Notes under the pieces: model-generated
Databases searched by the model: none
The model's input: the letters and a program-made list of their open reading frames with translations, nothing else
What the model was told of the DNA's origin: nothing
In this document: positions 1-10,532 of the stretch, in pieces
Numbering within the stretch: the first letter of the stretch is position 1
Layout: the number at the start of each line of letters is the position of its first letter
Assembly (NCBI RefSeq): GCF_001447785.1
Contig: NW_015164211.1
Location: 298,012 to 362,011, forward strand
Reading direction: 5' to 3'
Length of the DNA stretch: 64,000 nucleotides
Origin: Gekko japonicus
Lineage: Eukaryota
Position numbers and translations under genes: made by a program

Positions 1-221
1 ACAGCACAGGTATGAGAGTTGCTAACCTCTTTGAGGTCAAGCTCCTATGCTGACATCAGCCACACAGCAGGCAGAAACTCAACAACTGAAATTTGTATCA
101 CCATTCCAGAGTAACACAGCGATTTACCACATTTCTAGCCCAACCTCTAGACAGTTTTAATGTCGCAACACCCTTTAAGGAAGGTTAGGCAGAGAACTAG
201 TAACGTGTTCAGCAACACTAT

Positions 222-602
222 GGCCCCGGTCACACAGGCCGGCTATCGCGGGGGGAGTCGTGGCTAATTGCCCCGGCGCAGTTTGATTCGCAATTACGCG
301 ATCAGACGCGCCGGCGGCACACCATGGGTCCTTCCCTCGGCGCCGGCGGGTAAACGAGGGACCGGGTAAACGAGGGACCAGAGGGGAATGCCTCGTGCCT
401 GCGCAATCACACCACGGGCGTCTGGAGGCAGCCCGTGGCAAATGTTTACTGGTACCTTGGAGGTACTAGTTTTTTAACACGCATTGTTGGCGGTAAGCCA
501 CAGGTGCGCTCCACTTCCCAGATGTTGGGGTGTGATCGCGCCCGGATAATCTGCCCACCTTCCGTGCCTCTCCAGCGGCAACTTTGCCCTGTGACCGGGG
601 CC
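222..602. mobile_element. PIF/Harbinger-like CpG-rich MITE
   Basis: TIRs GGCCCCGGTCACA / TGTGACCGGGGCC; 3-bp TSD TAT (219-221, 603-605); related copy at 43250-43778. Confidence 0.75.
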
Positions 603-1002
603 TATGAAAGTCAAAGCTGAGAAAGGGCTTCAACCCATTTTCTTCTCTCGAAGTCCAACTCTCACAAGCCCTGTGGGGAAGAAAATTCCCCATAGGTGCC
701 ACGTTACTAGTCACCAAATCAGCATGCAAGAAACAGTAGCAATCTAAGCAACCACTTTTTCCCCCCTCCTCCTATTTATAACCGCATCAAAAATGCGGTG
801 CCAACTAAGGCGCCGAAACAGCCCCAATTACGCCCACATCCATTGACTGCGGAGCGCAGAAGCTCTCAGTCTCACTCTGCACCCATCTTTGGGTGCATCC
901 TAAACACTGGCTGTGTATACGCTCATGCACAACAGAACTCAATATCTAACGATCACCCTTCAAACCCTTTCCACCCTTCAGTGTGCAAAGAAGGCAGCTC
1001 AC

Positions 1003-1005
1003 CAT
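1003..1005 (-). CDS. SLC30A6: Probable SLC30A6 (ZnT6) coding exon 1, ATG only; rest of gene lies left of the window
   Basis: Minus strand reads ...ttcctcaatATG|gtgagct inside a CpG-rich promoter. Human SLC30A6 follows SPAST on the same strand and, as recalled, has an ATG-only first coding exon. Gene identity is inferred from synteny. Confidence 0.65.
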
Positions 1006-1300
1006 ATTGAGGAACAAGCGGCTCCCACAAGGGGCCGGAAAAGGCGGGTTTCTGCTGTCGCCATGGAGACGAGATGGAAGTCGAATACAGTGACGCGTAA
1101 TTGGCTAAATGCTGCCTAAAGCAGGAACTGACGGAAAGTTTCGTCCAGACCCGGCCTACTCAAGACGCGGCGCTCCTATCGGCGCTGTGACAGACTGAGA
1201 GAGTTATGTGCGCATGCGTTAATGGAGATCGTATTAACGGCGAGGACGCTAATTAGCTCACGGCGGGGGGATGTCGCCGTGGCTGCAGGCTGGAACTGGA
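1006..1300 (-). promoter_or_regulatory. CpG-rich TATA-less housekeeping-type promoter/5'UTR (SLC30A6)
   Basis: High CpG density; ETS CCGGAA ~1035; YY1-like CGCCAT ~1059; CRE-like GTGACGC ~1090; NRF1-like TGCGCATGCG 1209-1218. Confidence 0.65.
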
Positions 1301-1385
1301 CCAGGTGGTGGGTTGGGTCTGTGTGCCTTCAGTGATGGAAGTGCTACAGATGCCCGCTCTCCTTTTGTGCACGGTGCTCCAGGTC

Positions 1386-1399
1386 NNNNNNNNNNNNNN
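1386..1399. other. Assembly gap
   Basis: Run of N. Confidence 1.
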
Positions 1400-1499
1400 A
1401 TACTGGAAACAAATGCCAGGTGAAAATTAAACAGGACAGGAGTCCAGTCAGTGGCGCCTTAAAAACGAACGAAATTCATTTCACTATGAACACATTAAT

Positions 1500-1680
1500 C
1501 TGCTTTATACTGAAACCGTCTAAATCGGAATTGTTTCCTCAGCCTGGCAGCTGTCCAGGGTCTCTGGCTGAGGTACTTCGCATCGTCACCTACGGCTTGA
1601 TTCTCACTGGGCATGCTGGGGATTCAACCTCGGACATTCTGCGTGCCAGGCAGATGCTCTGCTACTGAGCCACGGCCCCT
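1500..1680 (-). mobile_element. tRNA-derived squamate SINE (Squam3-like)
   Basis: Reverse strand begins GGGGCCGTGGCTCAGTAGCAGAGCATCTG with a B-box-like motif; same family as 54952-55146. Confidence 0.7.
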
Positions 1681-1918
1681 CCCGCTTTTGTCAGTCAGAG
1701 CTCACTTTTAGATATGTGGAAAGAAAATCACTTGGGGAATATTTATAGAGGAAGATACAGAAGGAGGCATGGACATCAAGACTAACAGCATTTATTCTGT
1801 TGTTTGTCTGAAGCTTATACTTTGAATAAAACTTTGTTGGTCTCAAACTTTGTTCTGCTGCTTCAGGCCAACACAGCTATCCACCAACATTTATTCCAGC
1901 ATAAGTTTTTGTTTATCT

Positions 1919-2174
1919 GGGGTTACCAGATGTCCTCTTTTTAGAGGGCATGTTGTCTTTTTTTGGTGACCATCCTCTTTTGGGCTCTTTTTAAAAAACT
2001 GATGAAAATGTCCTCTTTTTGGTTTGGAAGTTTGGGAATATTCCTAGTTAGTAGCAATTATCACAGTTTAAATAGTAGGGGTATTTAAAATGAGATTTGT
2101 CATAGTGATCACTTGTTTGAAGTAGTCAGTTGGGAAACACATTGTCTTTTTTGCTTTTCAAAATATGGTAACCC
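1919..2174. mobile_element. hAT (Blackjack-like) non-autonomous element
   Basis: Termini GGGTTACCA / TGGTAACCC with repeated TGTCCTCTTTT subterminal motifs. Confidence 0.55.
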
Positions 2175-2360
2175 AAATGCACACTCCAACTCCCCGATTT
2201 TACCTCGTTAAGCTCCTGGGTCAGATGCTCTCCCTCTCGCTCACTGACATACCTACCCCTGTAAACTTAAATAAACAAAATAACCCCTTCTGTGGATAAA
2301 TACCACTTAGAATCTAAATGGCACAGATAAAAGCCACGCATTCGGTTGTGCTAACTCCTT

Positions 2361-3132
2361 CATTATAATATTTTTTAAATTTTTAATATGAAACAGACAC
2401 AAACCAACAAACATAAAGAACATACAAGTTGGGGGTTACATATACCTTCTAATTATATCTGTTACAATACCTCCTACATTATATGCATGTATATTAATCA
2501 GTTTTTATCACCATATACTTATAGCTAGATGTTCTGTAATATAGTTAAAACTAAATTCTAAAATGTCTCTAAATAAGATTATAAATCTACATTGTTCATT
2601 TACTGTAATCTTTGAACCATTTATAAAATCTTGACCACGTACTCTGGAATCTCCTTTCTTCTTGTCCACTCAAAAATAAAGTCAGTTTATCCATCTCAGC
2701 AGTTTCAAGAGTTTTGCTTAACATTTCTTCTTTTGAAGGTACTTCGTTTTTCCTCCAGTATTTAGCATACAATATTCTTGCAGTGGTCAATACATGTATA
2801 ATAAGATAAAAGTCTTGGGTTTTTTTACAATTTTCTGGTCTAATATTCAACAAAAATAATTCAGGTGTAAAAGGTATGGTACATTCTAGCATTTTTTGTA
2901 ACATTTCATGAATCCAAGACCAATACTTTTTAACTCTATCACATGTCCACCACATATGAAAAAATGAGCCAACAGCCTTTTTACATTTCCAACAATTATT
3001 AGATAAAGTAGGATAACATTTTGCTAGTTTATCTGGAGTCATATACCATCTATAAAACATTTTGTAAATATTTTCTTTATATGCAGTTGCTTTAGTAATT
3101 TTTACATTTGTTTTCCATATCTGCAACCATTG
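2361..3132 (-). mobile_element. 5'-truncated L1-clade LINE (ORF2 C-terminus and 3'UTR)
   Basis: ORF 2596-3243 has the CCHC-type motif CWKCKKAVGSFFHMWWTC; A-rich tail; perfect 18-bp TSD CGGTTGTGCTAACTCCTT at 2343-2360 and 3133-3150. Confidence 0.9.
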
Positions 3133-3578
3133 CGGTTGTGCTAACTCCTTGATGACTGAGAGTGCAATTTTGGTTGCGTCAGAACTGTGTGGGGAGTCTG
3201 AAACTTTCAGCTTTTTTCTCCCACCCACCCCCATCCCCAACACATCTAAATGAAGATTTACAGATAGGACGTGAAATCAAAGATGTATTTCCTCCTTGTT
3301 CCAGGCTGTTTTAGTTTGTTTTCCAATTCCTCTCAACACAAATTATAGCGATATATGAGGCAGCAAGTGAGAAGAGGTGGAATAACTTGTAGAAGTTGAA
3401 GACTAATTTGCGAGCGGTGGAGCTGAAACAAGACTGAGATGAAAGAAGGTAGTGGTGAGAGAGCAGAGTTGCCAACTCTGGGCTGGGAGATTTGAGTTGG
3501 AGCCTGGAGAGGATAGGAAACTCAGCAGGTTGTAATGTCATAGAGGTCACTCTCCAGCCATGCTCCTTCTAAGCTGTG

Positions 3579-4004
3579 AACATAAGAACATAAGAAAAGC
3601 CAATGCTGGATCAGGCCAATGGCCCATCCAGTCCAACACTCTGTCACACAGTGGCCAAAAATACCAGATGCCATCAGGAGGTCCATCAGTGGGGCCAGGA
3701 CACTAGAAGCCCTCCCACTGTTGCCTCCCCCCAGGCACCAAGAATACAGAGCATCACTTGCCCCAGACTGAGAGTTATTATATATACCTTGTGGCTAATA
3801 GCCACTGATGGAGCTCTGCTCCATATGCTTATCTAATTCCCTCTTGAAGCTGTCCATGCCTGTAGCCACCACCACCTCCTGTGGCAGTGAATTCCATGTG
3901 TTAGTCACTCTTTGGGTGAAGTACTTCCTTTTATAAGTTTTAACCTGACTGCTCAGCAGTTTCATTGAGTGCCCATGAGTTCTTGTATTGTGAGAAAGGA
4001 AGAA
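3579..4004 (-). mobile_element. CR1 LINE 3' fragment
   Basis: (AACATAAG)n tail; similar to CR1 copies at 44145 and 53315. Confidence 0.85.
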
Positions 4005-4196
4005 AAACAGGTCATTTCAGGGGGGATCGCAGTTCCCCCGGGTGAGGTACAGGGGCGGGGCACATGATGAAGCCCCGCCCCCTGCTTCTGGCCGCCCCGC
4101 CTCCGGCCCTCATTCAGCCAGGAGGCAGAAGAGGGAGGGTAAGTTGCTTCCTCCCTGCCTCTCCCCACCCCTGCCTGCCTGGGGCCAGGGAGGGCC

Positions 4197-5120
4197 TTCT
4201 TCCAATTTTTTGAGGCCTTCGGTAAAATTTCTGCTGAAGATTGTGTCAAAATTTCACTAGGGGCAGTATTTGTCTTTACCTGTGTTTTGTCCCGGCCCCA
4301 CTTCTACAGATAAGAGAAGGTGGCACACCTTAGAAGTCAAAAGGTTACTTTTTATTTGCACAGAATATGTGCCTTCAGATGTACCTTATGTTTGTCTGCT
4401 TTGCGGGCTCCTCAAACGGGAAGCCTGCATCATCACAAACCATTTCTAGATGGATTGTGAATACAATCTCACATGCTTATGATGCTGCCTCCCTCCCATG
4501 CCCTTTGCATGTGACTGCACATTCCACAAGGTCAGTGTCATTGTCTACTGCATTGTCTCTCGGAGTTTCTGTGCAGGATATCTGTGCTGCGGCTACATGG
4601 TCGTCAGCAGACACTTTTGTAAAACATTTCTCAGTTGACACTGTGTGTACACAGGTCACTTCAGTGGGTACAGCTGTTCTTCAATCTGTTAAAATAAAGA
4701 TGTGTTTGTTCTTTGCTCACCCCGCTTCTGATTCTTGGTATGCTTTCTAATCTCCCACGTGGGACTGCACCAGACAACGCCAATGAAAACAAGGTTGCAC
4801 TTACCTAGAACTATTTTTCATTGATTTGTCCTTGTGCAGGCACACATCCCTCTCTCCTGCCCTGTGTGAGTTTAAAAAAAACCTGTTCCTCCGTGGTCGG
4901 CTTAGGAGAACTGAGGGAGTGTGGGGAGCCCCTCCTGCAAATCACGACTTTTTGGGCAGGAAACGGTTCATTGATGTCTGGTTGGGAAGGGCTTCTCCCA
5001 TTCTGTTTCTATGCTATGAAGAATTCTTTTGGTGGCTGGCCTATGGCTCTGCAGATCCCATGTGTGCCTGCACAATGACAACTCGATGAACAACAGTTCC
5101 AGGTAAGTGCAACCTTGTTT
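4197..5120 (+). mobile_element. Duplicated DIRS 3' end (tyrosine recombinase C-terminus, ICR and right terminus)
   Basis: ORF 4367-4750 with HSTR and WSSADTFVKHF; inverted repeat 4787-4847 / 5060-5120. Confidence 0.85.
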
Positions 5121-6672
5121 CTTTCCGTTGAGACAGGAAGGGGCCAGGTTTTTTTAATGGTCAGGGAGAGGTTTTCCTGTGGCCCAAATGTGAACACGGG
5201 CGTTCGTGTGTCAAAGAAGAGACCCAAAGGAAAATATAAGACTTTATACCTTAGCAGGAACTTGGGGGAGAGGGAGTGAGTTGAGAGTATAGAAGTAAAT
5301 TAAGGCTTAGAAAGATGAAAAACTTCATAGATGTAGATACTGAAACAGCTGAAGAGAAGCAGCAGATAGACAGTTGGAGGTACAGCGTGACACTAGGAAA
5401 AAATCTGAGGGAGAGAGGTGCTAGTTGGATTTGGACAAACAGCTTTTTTCCTTTATGTTGATCTGGCAAATATTGATTTAGAGTTATGTATCCTACAATA
5501 TTTAGACTTAATTCTGTTCCCTTAACAAGAGGAGAAACTTTCTAAAAAAATCATATGGCTGTGCTTATTTACAGGTCTGCATTATATGAAGTTCACATCA
5601 GTTTAAAACTGATACATTATTTACTTGATAGAACTTGCTGTTTCCAGAAGCATTAGTATTAACGCAGTCACTCCAAGTACTGTTGTCACTGTTTTATTTA
5701 GAAATCTAACAAAACCCATAAAAAGTTTTTCAGTAGTTTTTATTTCATCAGAAATTACAGTAAAGATTTTTAGTCTTGCCAGATAAACCCAATGAAAGTA
5801 TTCTACAAACTTTTTTCCATGTCACATTAGAAATATTAACAGCAAAGTTTAATAGGCAATGGGTTCAAAAGGCATGTTTGGACCAAGTAATGTAATAAAA
5901 CTGACATGAAGACAAGTTGCAATATTTTATCAAGAAAAAATCAATCTGAATGTTAATCGTGCTTTTAATGTTTTATTTTGCCAATAAAATTTTATTTCTT
6001 GATACAAATAACAATGTTTAACTTTAACAAGTTTATGAAAGAACATCGGATAACAATACAAAATGGCCTCTCCATGGCTAAGAATCCGGTCAATATGAAG
6101 AAATTCAGGCTGAGACAGCACCTTTGGTTTTAAATTCAGAAATCACCATTAGTATCTCAAGGACCTTCCTAGATGATGCTTTCTATAAGAAATATCCTAA
6201 AGACAAAAAGATGAGACCGCTGCCAGGCAGTATTTTCAGGGAGTAGGCTAGAACAGTATACAGGAATAAATATTTTCCTCAGTTGTAGATAAATACCACA
6301 ATGTTTTCCTTAAAATAAATGTTTTATTGAGCTCTCTTTCAATTATCTAAGACCCTAGCACTGCAATGAACAAACCTCATGTACACACAGTGCAATGTAT
6401 AGTTATTAACCAGTGACTAACAAATTCAGTCTCTGCCTTGAACAGAGGAGAGTTATTGCCACATTCCCACTAATGGCTAAATGTCTACTGGTCAGTAGTA
6501 ACACACTGTACATTTTCTAGGAAGATGTCAGTAGAACAGGAATGTTATTTTACAAAAGCCAGAGTCAATCCATATATATGCAGGAACTACTTTTACTAAA
6601 GACAGATTTGAAACAAGAAAAGGAAACAATCAATTACTGAGTTATGGCTTGAAAGGGAACCTATGTTTAATG
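4197..6672 (+). repeat. Copy 1 of ~2.5 kb direct duplication (partner 12284-14766)
   Basis: Near-identical from TTCTTCCAATTTTTTGAGG to GGAACCTATGTTTAATG; paired ORFs 4367/12452, 4821/12903, 5009/13091. Confidence 0.97.
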
Positions 6673-6719
6673 TTGTCGCCATCATCGCTGTTCCTTCGTC
6701 ACTGCCGCACACCACACTC

Positions 6720-6885
6720 CTCGGTAGGTCCCCATTTATCTACTTGCTCTTTAATGGGCTTTCGAACCGCTGGGTGGGCGGGAGCTGGGACGTAGGCTGG
6801 GAGCTCACTCCGGCCACGGTGGGGCTCGAACAGATGTTTGGCCAGATGTTAAAGCAGGCTGCATTTAAAGCCTGCGCCACTGCTC
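6720..6885 (-). mobile_element. Degraded Sauria SINE fragment
   Basis: Shares ATTTATCTACTTGC...TTTCGAAC...GGAGCTCACTCCG with 56930-57095. Confidence 0.6.
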
Positions 6886-6961
6886 TTATGTCATTGGAAA
6901 ACAGAGTGAAAACCTGTCTCATGATGACTCTATTTGGAATTTATCTCCTTGGTCAAGTCAA

Positions 6962-7095
6962 TTAGATCACTTTTACATCTCCCACCAGGTCTTGGACGTT
7001 ACTTAGGACCAAATCCAGGATCGCCTCTCCTCTGGTATGTTCTGTGACCATCTGTTCCATAGCACAGTCATTGTGAGTGTCTAGAAACTCAAACT
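6962..7095 (-). mobile_element. CR1 ORF2 endonuclease fragment
   Basis: Peptide QMVTEHTRGEAILDLVLSN, typical of the CR1 APE domain. Confidence 0.7.
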
Positions 7096-7096
7096 C

Positions 7097-7268
7097 AAAA
7101 ATTCTACTTTGTGAGCTGCTGCCATTAAAGTTCTGAGTGAGCAATTTGGCTACGGCATAAATTACTTTGCTCTGGAGTCATCCTTCCTGAGCTAAGACAA
7201 AAAACTGTGAGCTGGAGGCTAAAAAACTGTGCGCTAGCTCACACTAACTCAGCTTAGAGGGAACACTG
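7097..7268 (-). mobile_element. hAT MITE, partial copy
   Basis: Ends CAGCTTAGAGGGAACACTG; same family as 21890, 22646 and 29058. Confidence 0.75.
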
Positions 7269-8712
7269 CCTCCAGATTCACATTTCTTTGGGGAACTGAT
7301 ATTTGTAGTCTGGAGATCAGTTGTAATTCTGGTAGATCTCCAGGCCCTACCTGTAGGTTGGCAACCCTAAGAGATAGCAAGAAAAAACTATGAAAATTGT
7401 TGAAGGTGAACGGCAAAGATGTAGCCATGATAGTCTACAGTTTCTGTTTTCCTTTGAACCCTTCCGTTAGAAATAAAGATTTTTACACAGAAGAAAATGC
7501 CATTGTGATCTCTGAATATTTAACTATTTTGCCAGTTTTTCCAACATATTCTGGTAGCAGAGGATGGTTTGGTTAACTGATTTTGCCTGATATGCTTAAG
7601 TGAAGTGAAGTAAGTTTCAAATGCTCACTGCATTGAGAGAGAAAGGTTAGGCGCTAATTAGCAGCTGAGAGGCTTGATTTTAAAATGGCCTGTTTTTTTC
7701 TACAAGTTTTTCTTTACTCTCTCTGCCACGCAAAGCTGCAGCTGAGAAAAGTGGTGATGACTCTAATTCTTTCTTGATTAGAAAAATCTCATCTACACCA
7801 GCTTGCACATGCTACAGAGAACCTTTTGAAGTTTTTGCGCATTTGGAATCCCAGCTACAGGAAGAGTTGATTATGACCAGCCGCTCCAGCCGATTGCTTG
7901 TATTCCTACTCGGAAGAGAGGATTAACCCCGTGTTGAGAAAGAGACTAATATTTGCTGTTTATGGATTTATATCTGCTGACACACACAAACTTTACATGA
8001 ACTGTGCATACACATACACCCTAGACTTAGGGAACGCTACTTGAAGCACCAGTTTGTGAAAGATTACACAGAGAAAGTGCTACCTGCATTTCATGTTAAT
8101 GAAGCTTGTAGATATACAAGATCCTGGCCTGAGGGGAAGAAGCACATTTTGCCATTGTTAGCAGAAACCACAGCTTAAAGACAAGTAATCCCCCATTACC
8201 AGAGGACTGGATATCACGCAATACACGGATCTGATCTACATCTGAATTGTCATTTCCTGGCAGATGTTGCTTTGATGGCCTGGGAAAGCCAGTATCTATC
8301 TGCACTTCAAGGAGTTGTCTTGACGCTGAGGCTTTACACCTGACCAGATGGCTTGTCCTGAGTTAGATCTAGTATTTCAATATTGACCCAACCCCTTAAA
8401 GGTTCTGCCCCTTATTACACGCACCAATAAGATGTAAGGATGGGACGGACTAACAGGTTAGGTGGATCCCAGGATGGCAAGGTTGCCAACCACCCCAAAT
8501 GTTCACCTATAAAAGTTAGGGACCATGTGCAGGGTCCTTTGCTAGCTGCAAACCCCTCACCATCCTCTGTCTACTTTTATCCCCTAAAGTCCAGCTTACT
8601 ATCAAACAACCCTTTGTCTATTCTTGATCTGTTGGAATGAAGCCAAAGAGGTTCACACTTTGTCAGCTGGTTCTGGCAGTGTGAGTTAGAAATATCCCTG
8701 TTTTCTTTCCCT

Positions 8713-8735
8713 NNNNNNNNNNNNNNNNNNNNNNN
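8713..8735. other. Assembly gap
   Basis: Run of N. Confidence 1.
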
Positions 8736-9534
8736 CTATTCTTCATTGCATCAGACAAGGCTTCAGGAAATATAAGTATGAACGTATACCTACCTACCTC
8801 CTAAGTAAAAGGGAACTATTTTTCTATTTCTGTAACTCCAAAGGAACTTGATTTTATGTGTGCGAGATTCTGTTTCGTGTGTATGTGATTTTGATATTCT
8901 TCAGTAAAAGACAAATTGCTTTGAGTTCACCAGTCTTGACTCTATCACTGGGACATTCTTGGGGTGGATCTGACTTCTGTAAACATTGGCAAGAACCCAT
9001 ATTAAATTTAGTCTGCCATCTGTTGTAGATAAAGCAGATTGGCTAACACCTGTGAGTCCCTGCTGAGTGCCTGCCAAAGCCTGAATGAGTGATCCAAGCA
9101 TGTCTTCTGGATCAGCTGCAGATGTGAGTATGCTCTGAACAGGAGATCTCAACCCGGGGGGGGGGGGGAGTGTTAGGTCCACTCAAGCTGACTCAGCATA
9201 ATTGGTGGTTCAGCTCTCTAAAGAATAGACTGCAAATCGGGTTTGAATGTTCAGAACTCCTATTCAGCTTATAAATTAGTTCTTAGTAAGTGGAACACAG
9301 TTCTGGAAAAAATAAATAATCCCATTTGTAAACATTTTTTGGAAAAACATAGCTGTTACAGATTGATGTTGTTACCATAAACATTGACTAAGTTGACTCT
9401 ATATATGTGGATGTTTAGTTGTTTGTAAAAATTATGTATTTTTTAACACAATGAGAATTAGCGTAGTTTAATTGTGATTTGTATGTATATTATATGGAAA
9501 ACTAAATAAAATGTTTTGTTAAAAAAAAAGAGAA

Positions 9535-9970
9535 GACTGAAAATATATGGCGCTGAAGATATTTTAACAAAGGAAGTCCCTACAAGTGACCCAGAGAAAA
9601 GTGCCTTTAGCAGACTAGATGGCTATGCCAAGTCCTTAATTATGGGTTCAGCTAATTGCCATGATGTGCCTAGCCTGCATATAATAGAAACTTCCAAACT
9701 GATGAATGAACACCTGAAAGACAAGTATGGAGGGGAGACAAGGAGTAAGATTTATTACTTGATGGCTCAGATCTTTGACTTTAGAGTAAAGGAAAGTGAC
9801 TCTTTACCTGATCAATTAAAGAAGCTAATGGGGACTTACAATCAATTGAAAGAACTTGGGAAGACTCCTGACTACTTAGTCATGATTGCTGCTGTACTGA
9901 ACAAACTCCCTACAAGTTACAGAGGGCTAGCAATGTCTTTAAGACACCAAAAGGATTTTGAAAAGGAATA
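9535..9970 (+). mobile_element. Ty1/copia-type gag fragment (Retrotran_gag_2/UBN2-like)
   Basis: Peptide HLKDKYGGETRSKIYYLMAQIFDFRVKESDSLPDQLKKL...VLNKLPTSY resembles copia gag; recognised by eye. Confidence 0.7.
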
Positions 9971-10381
9971 CAGCTTTTTCCTTCTCTCCAGTAACAGAGG
10001 GAAACCCATGCCTTTTGGGGGAAGGGGGGGCACGCTTTGCAAGCACTGCTGCTTTGCTCTGCGGGGCTCCGGGGAACCATCTGCCTTGGGGGGGGGCATC
10101 TCACACAGTCATTTCTGCACTAAACATTGTTTGCACAATGTACAAAAATCCCACAGGTGTGCCAGTTCTATGTTTCAAAAAATACAAGTTTGCAGTAAAG
10201 CACACACACAAACCCCCTCCTTTCCGGGCATTTTTTCTGACGGAATCATAAGCATTTCCTGTACGGGGCAGCCTCCTCCATTCCAGACAATAGCGATGAG
10301 GGGTGGGGGCAGCTGTCAAATAGTTTCTGGTCTCTGAATAAATGAAGTGTATACCCTATTACTACTACTACTACTAGAATT

Positions 10382-10530
10382 AAAAATGGACAATACCAGT
10401 ATGTTCTTGTTTACGTTGACGACTTGTGTCTTGTCAAAACAGAAGGGATATTAAAGAAATAGCTGATGCTCTGAACAAGGAAGTAGAAGTCAAACAGCTT
10501 GGAGACATAAAACACTACCTCGGAATACAT
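10382..10530 (+). mobile_element. Ty1/copia reverse transcriptase fragment
   Basis: YVLVYVDDL (YVDD 10412-10423), then after a frameshift LNKEVEVKQLGDIKHYLGI. Confidence 0.8.
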
Positions 10531-10532
10531 GC

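Noticed and set aside
1271-1310. Plus-strand ATG and possible donor of a divergent gene
   Set aside because: Weak donor and no recognisable downstream coding exons; a divergent non-coding transcript cannot be excluded
7752-7980. C/D box snoRNA (GTGATGA...CTGA)
   Set aside because: Spacing too long, no terminal stem, not in a recognised host intron
9516-10337. 273-aa ORF as a host or domesticated gene
   Set aside because: Starts at a TTG beside a poly-A tail; only the first ~150 aa are gag-like and the rest is read-through; no promoter or splice support
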